Shown: one piece after another, positions 8,141 to 18,120 of the stretch
Numbering within the stretch: position 1 is the first letter of the stretch
Layout: every line of letters starts with the position of its first letter
From: an uncultured Gemmatimonadota bacterium
GTDB taxonomy: Bacteria; JAAXHH01
DNA length: 64,000 bases
Direction of reading: 5' to 3'
NCBI GenBank assembly: GCA_951812955.1
Contig: OX638340.1
Coordinates: forward strand, 2,624,001 to 2,688,000
Translations under genes and position numbers: made by a program
The notes under the pieces: model-generated
What the model saw: the letters and a program-made list of their open reading frames with translations, nothing else
Database searches by the model: none
Told to the model about the DNA's origin: nothing

Positions 8141-10600
8141 ATGGCGGCTTCCGTCCGGTTTGCCGAAATAGCCCTCCCTCTTCCGGTCGACCAGGTATTC
8201 TCCTACAGCATTCCGGAAAATCTCCTCGACGCGGCGCTGCCGGGACGCAGGGTGTCCGTCGTCTTCACGAACCGCAGGATGACCGGCCTGATCACCGCGC
8301 TCTCGGACACCTGTCCCGTGGAACGGTACAGACCGTTGCTGGACGTCCTCGATCACGAGTCGGTCCTGGACGCCACGCTGCTCGAACTCACGGGGTGGAT
8401 TGGCCGTTACTACCTCTGCCCGTGGGGCGAAGCGATCAAGGCGGCCCTGCCCGCGGGCCTGTTGTCCGAAAGCGAACAGATCGTCAGCAGGGACGGTCCG
8501 TGTCCTCCCGAGTCCATGGACCGGCTCCGGCGTACCGCCCCGCGACAGGCCGAACTGCTCGCCCAGGTCCCCGAACAGGGCGCCGTAACCCTGTCCAGCC
8601 TACGGCGCCGGACCCGCATCCGGCAGCCCTTTGCGGCCCTCCGAGGTCTCGAAGCAAAGGGGCTGGTGTCGATAACAATCGGAGAGTCTGGCGGCGCTCC
8701 GGGCATCCGGTACGAGACCTGGGTCGAATTGATCCCTTCGAAGGAGGAAGCGGCGCGAATCGTGTCCAGGCTGATCCCCCGCGCGACGCGGCAGGCCAGC
8801 TGCATCAATCTCCTGGCGCGGCACGATGGACGGTTGACCACCGAACAGCTCCGCCATCTGGGCAAAATCGAACGGGACGTTGTCAGAAGACTCGAGAAAA
8901 AAGGCCTGGTGTCGCTCAACGAGGTCGAGTCGATACGCGATCCCTACCGGGACGCCGAACTGCCCGATCCAGCCGAGGTCGATCCGACGAGCGAGCAGGC
9001 CGAAGCGCTGCGCGAGATCCACGGCGCTATCGGCGACGGCGCGTTCAAGTCCCTGCTGCTCTACGGCGTCACCGGCAGCGGGAAGACGCACGTGTACGTC
9101 AAATCCATAGAAAAGACCCTGGAAGCGGGCAAGTCGGCCATCGTGCTCGTCCCGGAACTCGCCCTGACCCCGCAGGCCGTTCGGCAGTTCCGCGCCCACT
9201 TCGGCGATCTCGTGACCGTCCTGCACAGCGGCCTGTCCCCGGGAGAACGGTACGATTCCTGGCGAAGGACCCGCGCCGGGGATTACCGCATCGTCGTGGG
9301 CGCCCGATCCGCCGTGTTCGCGCCGCTGTCCAACCTCGGCCTGGTCGTCATCGACGAGGAACACGAGCCGTCCTACAAGCAGTTCGACGATCCCCCGCTC
9401 TACCACGCGCGGGACGTGGCGATCGTCCGGGCCCGCATGGTGAACGCGGTGACGGTCATGGGCAGCGCGACGCCTTCCCTGGAGACTTACGCCAATACGC
9501 GGAACGGCAAGTTCGCATGCTGCCGCCTGACCCGGCGGGTGGATCGGCGCCCGCTGCCGGGCGTGCGGATTGTCGACATGCGGGAAGAGCGCAGGCTCGG
9601 CCGCCTGTCGGTTTTCTCAAGCCCCCTGGCCAGCCGGATCAAGGACCGCCTGGACCGGAAGGAGCAGATCATCCTCTTTCTGAACCGGCGGGGATTCTCC
9701 CCCTTCGTACAGTGCTATGACTGCGGGCATTCCGTTTCTTGTCCCCACTGCAGCGTGACCATGACCTACCACGCCGACAGCCTGTTCATGCGGTGCCATT
9801 ACTGCGACCACCGGGACCAGGCGCCGGAGGTCTGCCCCAAGTGCCGTTCCGGTTCGATCGGATACCGCGGCGTGGGCACCCAGCGCGTCGAGGAGGAACT
9901 GAAGGACCGGTATCCGGAAGCCAGGATCGTCCGCATGGACATGGACACCACGTCTCGGAAAGGCGCCCACCAGGACATCTTCCACCGCGTGCTCAATCAC
10001 GAAGCGGATATCCTGCTCGGTACGCAGATGGTGGCCAAGGGGTTCGATTTTCCGAACGTGACGCTCGTAGGCGTCATCTCGGCCGACACCTCCCTCAACC
10101 TCCCCGACTTCCGGGCCAGCGAAAGAACCTTTCAATTGCTAACCCAGGTGGCCGGAAGGACCGGGCGGGGAAAACTGGGCGGCGAGGTGATTGTCCAGAC
10201 CTATTCACAGGGCCATCACAGCATAGCCAGCGCGCAGACGCATGACTACGAGTCCTTTTTCGCCCGGGAAATCGCCGACAGAAAGGCACTGAGCTATCCG
10301 CCCTTCGGACGCATGGTCGGCATGCTGTTCCAGGGCGAACAGGACGATTACGTGATGCGGGAGGCGCGCCGTTTCGCCGATCTGATGCGGAAGCAACCGG
10401 GCGCGCTGAACATACTCGGACCGGCGCCGCCGGTGATCGCCCGGGTGCGCAACCAGTACCGCTGGCAGATCGTCGCGCGGAGCAGCCATTCCGCGCGTCT
10501 GCGCGATGCCGTGCGTCGAGTCCGGCAACACTGGGAGCGCGCCGCCGACAACCGGCGCGTTCATCTGAAAGTCGACGTGGATCCCGTGGGGTTGATGTGA
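8141..10600 (+). CDS. priA: Primosomal protein N' (replication restart helicase PriA)
   Basis: Walker A GVTGSGKT, DEEHE box, Cys-rich zinc-binding CYDCGHSVSCPHCSVTMTYH…CHYCDH…CPKC; N-terminal MAASVRFAEIALPLPV matches PriA N-termini. Confidence 0.9.
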   Translation: MAASVRFAEIALPLPVDQVFSYSIPENLLDAALPGRRVSVVFTNRRMTGLITALSDTCPVERYRPLLDVLDHESVLDATLLELTGWIGRYYLCPWGEAIKAALPAGLLSESEQIVSRDGPCPPESMDRLRRTAPRQAELLAQVPEQGAVTLSSLRRRTRIRQPFAALRGLEAKGLVSITIGESGGAPGIRYETWVELIPSKEEAARIVSRLIPRATRQASCINLLARHDGRLTTEQLRHLGKIERDVVRRLEKKGLVSLNEVESIRDPYRDAELPDPAEVDPTSEQAEALREIHGAIGDGAFKSLLLYGVTGSGKTHVYVKSIEKTLEAGKSAIVLVPELALTPQAVRQFRAHFGDLVTVLHSGLSPGERYDSWRRTRAGDYRIVVGARSAVFAPLSNLGLVVIDEEHEPSYKQFDDPPLYHARDVAIVRARMVNAVTVMGSATPSLETYANTRNGKFACCRLTRRVDRRPLPGVRIVDMREERRLGRLSVFSSPLASRIKDRLDRKEQIILFLNRRGFSPFVQCYDCGHSVSCPHCSVTMTYHADSLFMRCHYCDHRDQAPEVCPKCRSGSIGYRGVGTQRVEEELKDRYPEARIVRMDMDTTSRKGAHQDIFHRVLNHEADILLGTQMVAKGFDFPNVTLVGVISADTSLNLPDFRASERTFQLLTQVAGRTGRGKLGGEVIVQTYSQGHHSIASAQTHDYESFFAREIADRKALSYPPFGRMVGMLFQGEQDDYVMREARRFADLMRKQPGALNILGPAPPVIARVRNQYRWQIVARSSHSARLRDAVRRVRQHWERAADNRRVHLKVDVDPVGLM

Positions 10601-10682
10601 CCATAACAGGTCGGATGACCCGGCCGCCCAGTGAGGTTCCGGCCGGATGGGATGACCCGGCCGCGCGGGACTGGAAGCAGAT

Positions 10683-11510
10683 ATGGCTACGAGCGTACGT
10701 GAAATTACCTGCAAGACGATCCTGACCCGCACGGGCGGGTTTCTGGAAGGCTATACCCACACCCTTCAGCCCTACGTCGGCTGCGTGTACCGGTGCCCCT
10801 ACTGCTACGTGCAGGCCCTGCCCGTCCACCTCTATCACGGCGGGACGTGGGGAGACTACGTCGACGTTAAGATCAATGCGCCTGAACGGCTCGAGGCCGA
10901 GATGGCCCGTTTGAAGAAGCGGGACCGGGCGGTACGGGTGTTCCTGAGTTCCGCCACCGACCCCTACCAGGGCGCCGAGGCGAAGTACCGGATCACCCGG
11001 CAGTGCCTGGAGGTGTTTGCCGGCATGCAGCCGGACCGGCTCGTCGTGCAGACGCGCAGCCCCATGATCCGGCGGGACTTCGACGTACTGAAGCGCATCG
11101 ACCGGGTCGAGCTGAACCTGACGCTCGAAACCCACGACGAGGCCGTCCGCCGCAATCTAACGCCCCATGCCCCGTCCGTTGCCTCGCGGCTCAAGACGCT
11201 CGACGCCGCCATGGAAACCGGCCTTCCGGTCAGGGTCACCATCAGCCCCATGCTGCCCAACGATCCGGCGACGTTCGTGGAAACGCTCCGGGACCGCTGT
11301 CACTCCGTAGTCGTGGATACGTACTTCGACGGAGACGGGTCGGGTGGCATGCGGACTGAGCGCCTCCAGGTAAGGGAGATGTACGAGCGGTTCGGATACG
11401 GGGAATGGTACCGGATCGGCGCCCATCACGCCCTGGTGGACGCGCTGAAGGCCAGCCTGGGTGGCGAGCGTGTCGCGTACAGCAAAGAAGGGTTCAATCA
11501 GTCCGCGTAG
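10683..11510 (+). CDS. Radical SAM domain protein, SplB/DNA-photolyase-like (COG1533 type)
   Basis: CVYRCPYC (Cx3Cx2C) radical-SAM cluster motif near N-terminus; 275 aa. Confidence 0.6.
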   Translation: MATSVREITCKTILTRTGGFLEGYTHTLQPYVGCVYRCPYCYVQALPVHLYHGGTWGDYVDVKINAPERLEAEMARLKKRDRAVRVFLSSATDPYQGAEAKYRITRQCLEVFAGMQPDRLVVQTRSPMIRRDFDVLKRIDRVELNLTLETHDEAVRRNLTPHAPSVASRLKTLDAAMETGLPVRVTISPMLPNDPATFVETLRDRCHSVVVDTYFDGDGSGGMRTERLQVREMYERFGYGEWYRIGAHHALVDALKASLGGERVAYSKEGFNQSA

Positions 11511-11696
11511 GCCGCCCGCCCGGACTGCCTGGGACCGCTCAGGCAGGCGGGTACCACCCAGCCAGGCGGGACCGCTCAGGGCGACCGCCGGGGCCATATA
11601 GTGATGGACACGCGACGGTGTTTGGGTTATCATCCGTCGAGCGTTTTCGCCCCGACCATGTTCCACAGGATGCCTTAAACCAACACCACCACTTCA

Positions 11697-12119
11697 ATGC
11701 CCAAGGTAACCGTCGAAGAACTGCAGGATTTCGTAGATCGCGTGCCCTACGTCCACGACCTCGGTCTGCAGATCGTGGAAGTGGAAGAGGGCGTCTGCCG
11801 TGCCCGACTGCCCTACCAGCCCCGCTTCGCCCAATACTACAACCTGGTCCACGGCGGGGTCACCGCGTCCCTGGCCGATACGATGCTGTACATGGCCCAC
11901 GCCACGCTTAACGGCATCACCACGGACACGGTTACCACCAACCTGTCGGTCACCTACCTCAACGCTGCGAGCGAGGAAGCCCTGAACGCCGAGGCCCGCG
12001 TCATCAAAAACGGCAGGAAGATGATCTTCGGCGAAGTACGGATCACCAACGACGCCGGGACGCTGACCGCCCATGCCACGGTGACCTATCTCAGGCTGAA
12101 CTACGAGCTTCGCGGGTAG
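11697..12119 (+). CDS. PaaI/hotdog-fold thioesterase family protein
   Basis: 140 aa; …YNLVHGGVTASLADTM… motif typical of PaaI-type thioesterases. Confidence 0.6.
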   Translation: MPKVTVEELQDFVDRVPYVHDLGLQIVEVEEGVCRARLPYQPRFAQYYNLVHGGVTASLADTMLYMAHATLNGITTDTVTTNLSVTYLNAASEEALNAEARVIKNGRKMIFGEVRITNDAGTLTAHATVTYLRLNYELRG

Positions 12120-12150
12120 GTGCTGCCTGTTCGCGGGTAGGCGCTGTCTG
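12109..12150. repeat. 21-bp x2 tandem duplication spanning the stop codon of the thioesterase gene
   Basis: ttcgcgggtaggtgctgcctg / ttcgcgggtaggcgctgtctg, 18/21 identical. Confidence 0.7.
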
Positions 12151-12315
12151 CAGGACCCCCCGTATTCATCCGCCACCGTATATACATTGCGTGACAAAGT
12201 ACAGTCTGTCTGACTCCACACGTATGTCCGCTGGTATGTTTTGCGCGATCAGGCGCAAAAAATGCGTCGGCAGGCGCTTCATCCAGACGGGCCGGATTCC
12301 ATTCGCTATGTGGAT

Positions 12316-13458
12316 CTAAGAACTAAGCCTGGTCAGTCCGTGCAGGGCGATGTCGTGCGGGGTTTCCCCCGTGGTGGCGAGGTCGGCCATGATTTCCCCG
12401 ATGACGCTGCAGAACTTGAATCCGTGGCCGGAGCACGGAGAAGCGACGTAGACGTTCGCATGCTCCGGATGTGCGTCCAGGATGAAATGGCCGTCGCCGG
12501 TGTTGGTGAAGGCGCAGACCTGCATGCTCATGGTAGGACCCGAGCCATCCGGGAAGTAGCGTTCGGCGAATTCCCGGAGCACGGCCTCGTCGCGGGGATG
12601 GGTGGACCGGTCGATGCCGTCCATGTCCACCCTTTCTTCCAGGTGATGGTAACGGCCGATCTTGAATCCCGGCACGCCATGGACCGGTAGTCCGTAGTAC
12701 CGGCCCTCTGCCACCTGCAGGTTGAATACCGGGAACCGGTCCGGCAGGAACAGATCGAGCCGCTGGGGCTGAAACCAGCCCAGGACCTGGCGTTCAGTCT
12801 GCACCATCCGGTCCAGCCGTTTTACCACCTTGCCGATCCAGCCGCCCGCGGTAATCACCAGCCGGTCCGCCGTGTAGGTCGATTTCGAAGTATCTACCGT
12901 GACGCCGTGCCCGTTGGAGGTCCAGCCCAGCACCGGTTCGCATGCGTGGATCTCGGCGCCATGCTCCTGTGCCGTCTCGACGTGGGCGACAATGCAGCGC
13001 TCCGGCAGGAGATAGCCCCCGTCCGTTTGAAAGACCGCCATGAGGTCGTCCGGCAGCCGGTATCCGGGAAACCGCCGGTTCACTTCCACGCCGGTGAGGA
13101 TCTCGTGTGCGAGGCCGTGTTCTTCGCAGGACGCCTTCGAGCCCTGGAAGACCCAGTCGTCTGCGGGACCGGCGTCCAGGGCCCCCGTGATGTGCAGCAG
13201 ACGCTCGCCCGCACGTTCCTCGATTTCGCGCCACAGGGCGTACGCACTGCGAAGAAGGGGTACGTACGACGGATGTTCCGAGTAGGCCAAGCGGATGATG
13301 CGCGTCTGACCGTGGGACGATCCCAGGTCGTGGGGGATGTTGAACTGCTCGAGTCCAAGTACGCGGCACCCGCGCCGGGCGAGATGCCAGGCCGTGGCGC
13401 TGCCCATGCCGCCCACACCGATCACGATGACGTCGTATGAGGAGGATGGCCGGTTCAT
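12316..13458 (-). CDS. FAD-dependent sarcosine/N-methyltryptophan oxidase family (monomeric MSOX/SolA-like)
   Basis: N-terminal dinucleotide fold YDVIVIGVGGMGSATAWHLARRG; overall MSOX-like. Confidence 0.75.
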   Translation of the reverse strand: MNRPSSSYDVIVIGVGGMGSATAWHLARRGCRVLGLEQFNIPHDLGSSHGQTRIIRLAYSEHPSYVPLLRSAYALWREIEERAGERLLHITGALDAGPADDWVFQGSKASCEEHGLAHEILTGVEVNRRFPGYRLPDDLMAVFQTDGGYLLPERCIVAHVETAQEHGAEIHACEPVLGWTSNGHGVTVDTSKSTYTADRLVITAGGWIGKVVKRLDRMVQTERQVLGWFQPQRLDLFLPDRFPVFNLQVAEGRYYGLPVHGVPGFKIGRYHHLEERVDMDGIDRSTHPRDEAVLREFAERYFPDGSGPTMSMQVCAFTNTGDGHFILDAHPEHANVYVASPCSGHGFKFCSVIGEIMADLATTGETPHDIALHGLTRLSS

Positions 13459-13537
13459 GGTTCAGAAGTTTCAGGAAGCATAGCTAGGCCGTTCAATTTA
13501 AACCGCGCGTCTATTAAACTTCGCGCCTTTCGTAATG

Positions 13538-13598
13538 TCGCAGCCGGTCGAAAGAGGGCGCTCTAAGATCTACCGCAGCCGGACGGAAGAGTGCGCTC
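13538..13598. promoter_or_regulatory. Two imperfect 26-bp direct repeats in the divergent MSOX/purB intergenic region
   Basis: tcgcagccggtcgaaagagggcgctc (13538-13563) and ccgcagccggacggaagagtgcgctc (13573-13598), 21/26 identical. Confidence 0.3.
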
Positions 13599-13851
13599 GC
13601 TTGGCTATGTTAAAGGTGGGCTGAATATAGTGTGTTGGCGCGCGCCGAATCAAGCACATCATCGTTCCCTGAATTCCCTTTCATCATGACATGTAAGAAA
13701 GAAACTTGCCGATTCCCATGGTCGAAGGGTATACTGAATCCGCAGTTGCGCTACATGGCCGGTTAGGGTCGGGAAGGACCCGCCGATCCGTGGGAATCTG
13801 CTGGTCTGCGTGAATACGAACTTACGGTTTTGAAGAAAATCGAGGCGACTC

Positions 13852-15216
13852 ATGTCCCTGCGTACAATATCCCCACTGGACGGCCGCTACGGCGATCGGC
13901 TAAAGAACCTGTCCTCCTACTTCTCCGAATGGGCGCTGATCAAGTACCGGGTGCACGTGGAGATCGAGTGGCTGATCACCATGGCGGAGCGGCCCGAGAT
14001 CGAGCACGTACGTCTGTTTACGAAAGAAGAGACCGATTTCCTCCGGTCGCTGGTCATCGAGTTCGGCGACACCCAGGCCCTTCGGATCAAGGAGATCGAG
14101 CAGGAAACCCGTCACGACGTCAAGGCGGTTGAGTATTACGTACGGGAAGCCATCGCGGGAACATCCCTGCGGGACGTCACCGAGTCGGTCCATTTCTGTT
14201 GTACCTCCGAAGACATCAACAACCTCGCCTACGCCCTTATGCTCAAGGACGGGATCCAGGAGGAATGGCTGCCGAACGCCCAGGAGCTGATCTCCGCCGC
14301 GGCCGCCCTCGCAGCCGAAACGGCGGACATCCCGATGCTGAGCCGTACCCACGGCCAGTCCGCCACGCCCACCACCGTCGGCAAGGAGCTGGCCGTGTTC
14401 GTTTTACGCTGGCAGCGCCAGATCGACCAGGTCGCCGACAGCGAGTATCTCGGCAAGTTCAACGGGGCGGTGGGAAACTACAACGCACATCTCGTCGTCT
14501 ATCCCGACGTGCCGTGGGAAGCCGCGGCGCGCCATTTCGTGGAAGGCCGTCTCGGGCTAACCTTCAATCCCCTCACCACCCAGATCGAGTCCCACGACTA
14601 CATGGCCGAACTATTCCACCGGATGATGCGCTTCAATGCGGTGCTGCTCGATTTCGACCGGGACATGTGGTCGTACATCTCCCTCGGCTATTTTCGTCAG
14701 AAGGTCGTCGGCGCCGAGACGGGGTCGTCCGTCATGCCCCACAAGGTGAACCCCATCGATTTCGAGAACTCCGAGGCCAACGTGGGTATCAGCAACGCGC
14801 TGCTGGATCACCTGGCCGGAAAACTGCAGGTCTCGCGGCAGCAACGCGACCTGAGCGACTCCTCCGCCCTCCGGAACGTGGGCGTGGCCATCGGCCACTC
14901 GCTACTGGCGATCCACTCCGCCATCCAGGGTCTGAGCCGGGTCGAAGTGGACCGCGACGCGCTACGCGCCGATCTCGACGGCGCCTGGGAGGTGCTGGCG
15001 GAAGCGGTGCAGATGGTCATGCGCAAGGCCGGTCTGGAGAACCCCTACGAGCAGGTCAAGGCGCTGACCCGGGGGCAGGCCATCACGCAGGAGACCATGG
15101 AAGACCTGATCCGCAACCTGGATCTGCCGGACGAAGACAAGCTGCGCCTGCTCGCCCTGACCCCCTCGGATTACGTCGGACTCGCATCCGAACTGGTCCG
15201 GCACATCGACCGATAA
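13852..15216 (+). CDS. purB: Adenylosuccinate lyase
   Basis: MSLRTISPLDGRYGDRLKNLSSYFSEWALIKYRVHVEIEWL N-terminus and fumarate-lyase signature region; 454 aa. Confidence 0.9.
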   Translation: MSLRTISPLDGRYGDRLKNLSSYFSEWALIKYRVHVEIEWLITMAERPEIEHVRLFTKEETDFLRSLVIEFGDTQALRIKEIEQETRHDVKAVEYYVREAIAGTSLRDVTESVHFCCTSEDINNLAYALMLKDGIQEEWLPNAQELISAAAALAAETADIPMLSRTHGQSATPTTVGKELAVFVLRWQRQIDQVADSEYLGKFNGAVGNYNAHLVVYPDVPWEAAARHFVEGRLGLTFNPLTTQIESHDYMAELFHRMMRFNAVLLDFDRDMWSYISLGYFRQKVVGAETGSSVMPHKVNPIDFENSEANVGISNALLDHLAGKLQVSRQQRDLSDSSALRNVGVAIGHSLLAIHSAIQGLSRVEVDRDALRADLDGAWEVLAEAVQMVMRKAGLENPYEQVKALTRGQAITQETMEDLIRNLDLPDEDKLRLLALTPSDYVGLASELVRHIDR

Positions 15217-16740
15217 ATGCCGTCTCTCCCGACAAATTTCGGAACCCTGGACTGGCTGATCGTCGCCGTATACATGGCAGCCACGGTGGGCGTAGGCCTG
15301 TACATGAACCGGTACATCCGGGACATGGGAGACTATATCGTGGCGGGCAGGTCGCTCAAGTCCCGCCTGGCCGTGGCGACCATGATCGGGAGCGAATTGG
15401 GCCTGGTGACGGTCATGTATTCGGCGCAGAAGGGCTTCACCGGCGGGTTTGCCGCCTTCCACATCGCGGTCATCGCCGGCGTGGTCACCTTCATCGTCGG
15501 CATGACCGGCTTCATCGTCGTGCCCCTACGCCGATTGGGCGTAATGACGATCCCGGAGTTCTACGAGAAGCGCTTCAGCCGGGGCGTGCGGATATTCGGC
15601 GGCCTGCTCCTCGCCTTTGCCGGCATCCTGAACATGGGGCTCTTCCTCAAAGCCGGCGCCCTGTTCGTGACGGGCCTCACGGGCCTGACCGATCCCAATG
15701 CCGTCGCCGTGGTGATGTCCGTCATGCTGGCGCTGGTCATCGCCTACACCATCATGGGCGGCATGGTGTCGGTGGTGATCACCGATTACATCCAGTTCGT
15801 GGTCCTCTCCTTCGGCATGATCCTGACCTGCGGTATGGCCGTCTACGCACTCGGCTGGCCGACCATCGTGGAAACCGTGGCGGCCGTCCACGGCGAGTCC
15901 GGGTTCAATCCCCTGATCGAGGGCAGTGGCTTCGGACCCTCCTATATCATGTGGATGATCTTCACGGCGGGACTCGTGTCCTGCGCCGTGTGGCAGACCT
16001 CGGTCATGCGCGCCTGCGCCGCCGAAAGCGTAGAAGTGGTGCGCAGGTTGTACAAGTGGTCCTCCATCGGCTTCCTGATCCGGTTCATGATCCCCCAGTT
16101 CCTCGGCATCTGCGCGCTCACGTATTTCTTCAACGAACCCGGGTTCCGTGCCTTCTTCTTCGATGAAAACGGATCACCCACCGCTGACACCACCATGACG
16201 CTGCAGGCCATGCCGCTCTTCCTGTCCCAGATCCTGCCCACCGGTATCATCGGCCTCGTCGGTGCGGGACTCCTCGCCGCCTTCATGTCGACCCACGACA
16301 GCTACCTGCTCTGCTGGGCGTCGGTGCTGACTCACGACGTCGTGGCGCCGGCCACCAATGAGCGATTGACCACCCGGTGGCGTCTGATGCTGTCGCGCAT
16401 CTTCATCCTGATAATCGGTCTGTTTCTGCTCGTATGGGGACTCTGGTACGACCTGGGGCAGGACCTGTGGGACTACATGGCCGTGAGCGGCGCCATCTAC
16501 TTCACCGGTGCCTTCACGCTGCTGCTGGCGGGACTGTACTGGAAGCGCGCGAGTACCGTGGGCGCCTACCTGGCGCTCATCGCGGGCATCGGCGCCGTGA
16601 CGGGCCTGGGACCCGTAAACAAGGCGCTGGGCCTGGGCATGTACAGGAGCGACGAGATTGGGCTGTCCGTAACCGCGCTGGCCCTGGTCCTCATGTTCGC
16701 CGGATCGCTGCTGTTCCCGGACCGGAAGGAGGAAGTGTGA
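15217..16740 (+). CDS. Sodium:solute symporter (SSS) family transporter
   Basis: 507 aa, about 13 predicted TM segments, SSS-like pattern; start 1 nt after purB stop. Confidence 0.8.
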   Translation: MPSLPTNFGTLDWLIVAVYMAATVGVGLYMNRYIRDMGDYIVAGRSLKSRLAVATMIGSELGLVTVMYSAQKGFTGGFAAFHIAVIAGVVTFIVGMTGFIVVPLRRLGVMTIPEFYEKRFSRGVRIFGGLLLAFAGILNMGLFLKAGALFVTGLTGLTDPNAVAVVMSVMLALVIAYTIMGGMVSVVITDYIQFVVLSFGMILTCGMAVYALGWPTIVETVAAVHGESGFNPLIEGSGFGPSYIMWMIFTAGLVSCAVWQTSVMRACAAESVEVVRRLYKWSSIGFLIRFMIPQFLGICALTYFFNEPGFRAFFFDENGSPTADTTMTLQAMPLFLSQILPTGIIGLVGAGLLAAFMSTHDSYLLCWASVLTHDVVAPATNERLTTRWRLMLSRIFILIIGLFLLVWGLWYDLGQDLWDYMAVSGAIYFTGAFTLLLAGLYWKRASTVGAYLALIAGIGAVTGLGPVNKALGLGMYRSDEIGLSVTALALVLMFAGSLLFPDRKEEV

Positions 16741-16883
16741 TGGAATTCTGGAGCACGCTCTGGACCGTGGTCTTCGTCCTGTGCCTGTTGATTTTTGCCG
16801 GCGTAGCTGTCTACGTCGGTGTAGGAGCGATCGGCGATATCAGGGCGTTGTTTAAGAGGATGGAGAGGCGGGGACCGAATTAA
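16740..16883 (+). CDS. Small (47-aa) single-pass membrane protein translationally coupled to the SSS transporter
   Basis: ATG overlaps TGA of the SSS gene (TGATG); MEFWSTLWTVVFVLCLLIFAGVAVYVGVGAIGDIRALFKRMERRGPN is one hydrophobic helix plus basic tail. Confidence 0.45.
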   Translation: MEFWSTLWTVVFVLCLLIFAGVAVYVGVGAIGDIRALFKRMERRGPN

Positions 16884-16893
16884 TGGTAGTGTA

Positions 16894-17115
16894 TCAGTTT
16901 GAATCCGGCAGGGTCTTCCCTCTGTAGATGGCCAACCATTTGGCGTGAATAGCCTCCCAGTATTCGATGTCCCTGTCGATCTCGTCATCGACTGTTGTTC
17001 CCGTCCAGGGCGTTTCTCTGAGCGGCCTCAGCTTGTGCCATTCAATAAGAAACATCTGGTGTCTGGCATTCATCTTTGACGCCCAGTTAATGCGTCGTGT
17101 ATCTTGCACAGACAT
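16894..17115 (-). CDS. Hypothetical protein (island)
   Basis: 73-aa ORF, no recognised domain. Confidence 0.3.
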   Translation of the reverse strand: MSVQDTRRINWASKMNARHQMFLIEWHKLRPLRETPWTGTTVDDEIDRDIEYWEAIHAKWLAIYRGKTLPDSN

Positions 17116-17319
17116 AACCTTCTCCTTTTCGTGGGAGATCAGTGTTCGGCGGGCGCAAACGCCGTAGATGTACGAATGCCCTTACCCTGTTGCCGAAGGA
17201 CCTCGTTTCAAACTTCTGAGTACAAGAAAACCCTGTCGGCCTTACTGGTCAATCGGGTTTTTGTTTCATTGCATCTCTTAAGTTGAGTCACCTTAGTCTG
17301 ACGGATCTGCCATCGCCAC

Positions 17320-17529
17320 CTAAAATCGTGTTAGAGTGTCTCCAATTCCTCTAGCAATTTCTCTTGCCTCATCATCGTCAAATTCAATCCTGAAATCTTC
17401 AAGGCCTCTATTCGTTTTCTCGATGAGCTTGTCGCGTAGATCTTTTTCATGGAAATACCCTTTTAACAGTTGAGTTAAAAGGTGTTCGATGAACAGGAAT
17501 CTTTTGTAGAATGCCCTTACATCAGTCAA
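17320..17529 (-). CDS. Hypothetical protein (island); TTG start preceded by a 10-codon upstream ORF with strong SD
   Basis: 69-aa ORF; upstream AAGGAG-ATG mini-ORF ends in TTGA overlapping the TTG start. Confidence 0.35.
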   Translation of the reverse strand: MTDVRAFYKRFLFIEHLLTQLLKGYFHEKDLRDKLIEKTNRGLEDFRIEFDDDEAREIARGIGDTLTRF

Positions 17530-17578
17530 TGGGGTGAATCAGGTTGAAACAATTTCATCTTTTTTACTCCTTCTACGT

Positions 17579-17938
17579 TCACGATCCCTCTCGGCGCAGG
17601 GTTTCGTAATCCCTGGCCCTGTCGCCTATCTCTAACTCGGCCAGCGTGTCGTCGATTCCCGCCTGGTAGGCCTCTCCTACCTGCGAATTGAGCGACTTGA
17701 CCTCCGCTTCCAACTCATCGACTCTGTTTTGTAGTTTCTTTGACGGATCAGGTGTGTACTCTTCCCCAAACAGACGGCTGATAACCTCTTCGAAAGGACT
17801 GGTTGCCGGTTGAGTGACTGCAGGCGGAACATATCCTAAAGCAGCTCGTAATGCGCCCCCGCCTTGGATACCACCGCTGATTCGCTTTAATTTTCTTCTT
17901 GAATCATCAGCTGGTTGATTTTGTTTATTCAAAGGCAT
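17579..17938 (-). CDS. Hypothetical coiled-coil protein (island)
   Basis: 119 aa, ATG with AGGAGA SD 6 nt upstream; Gly-rich then heptad-like region. Confidence 0.5.
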   Translation of the reverse strand: MPLNKQNQPADDSRRKLKRISGGIQGGGALRAALGYVPPAVTQPATSPFEEVISRLFGEEYTPDPSKKLQNRVDELEAEVKSLNSQVGEAYQAGIDDTLAELEIGDRARDYETLRREGS

Positions 17939-18120
17939 GGCCTTTCTCCTTTCTAGGTGATGCCATTAACAGTTCGGCCGTTGCCACCGCCGGATGAAAT
18001 ACAAAGAGACCCATACAGATCTCCCACTCTGAGGTCTTGCTGAAAGCCTTCTTTCAAGTTAGCCCGGTCGACTTATGCGGTCATCCGGGTTTCCTGTATT
18101 GCCTGTCCTACCGATCAGTT

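Noticed and set aside
8086-9720. 544-aa Arg/Pro-rich ORF overlapping priA in another frame
   Set aside because: Low-complexity, compositionally driven open frame typical of high-GC DNA; priA in the other frame has full motif support.
14199-16166. 655-aa ORF spanning purB and the SSS transporter in an alternate frame
   Set aside because: Arg/Gly/Pro-rich with no motifs; both overlapped genes are strongly supported.
16884-17320. tRNA or integrase at island borders
   Set aside because: Inspected both borders (16884-17320 and 30440-30800) for tRNA-like cloverleaf sequence and all island ORFs for recombinase motifs; none recognised.
17320-17938. Adjacent small genes as a classical toxin-antitoxin pair
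   Set aside because: No recognisable toxin/antitoxin fold (no RHH/Xre HTH, PIN, RelE, etc.); left as hypothetical.
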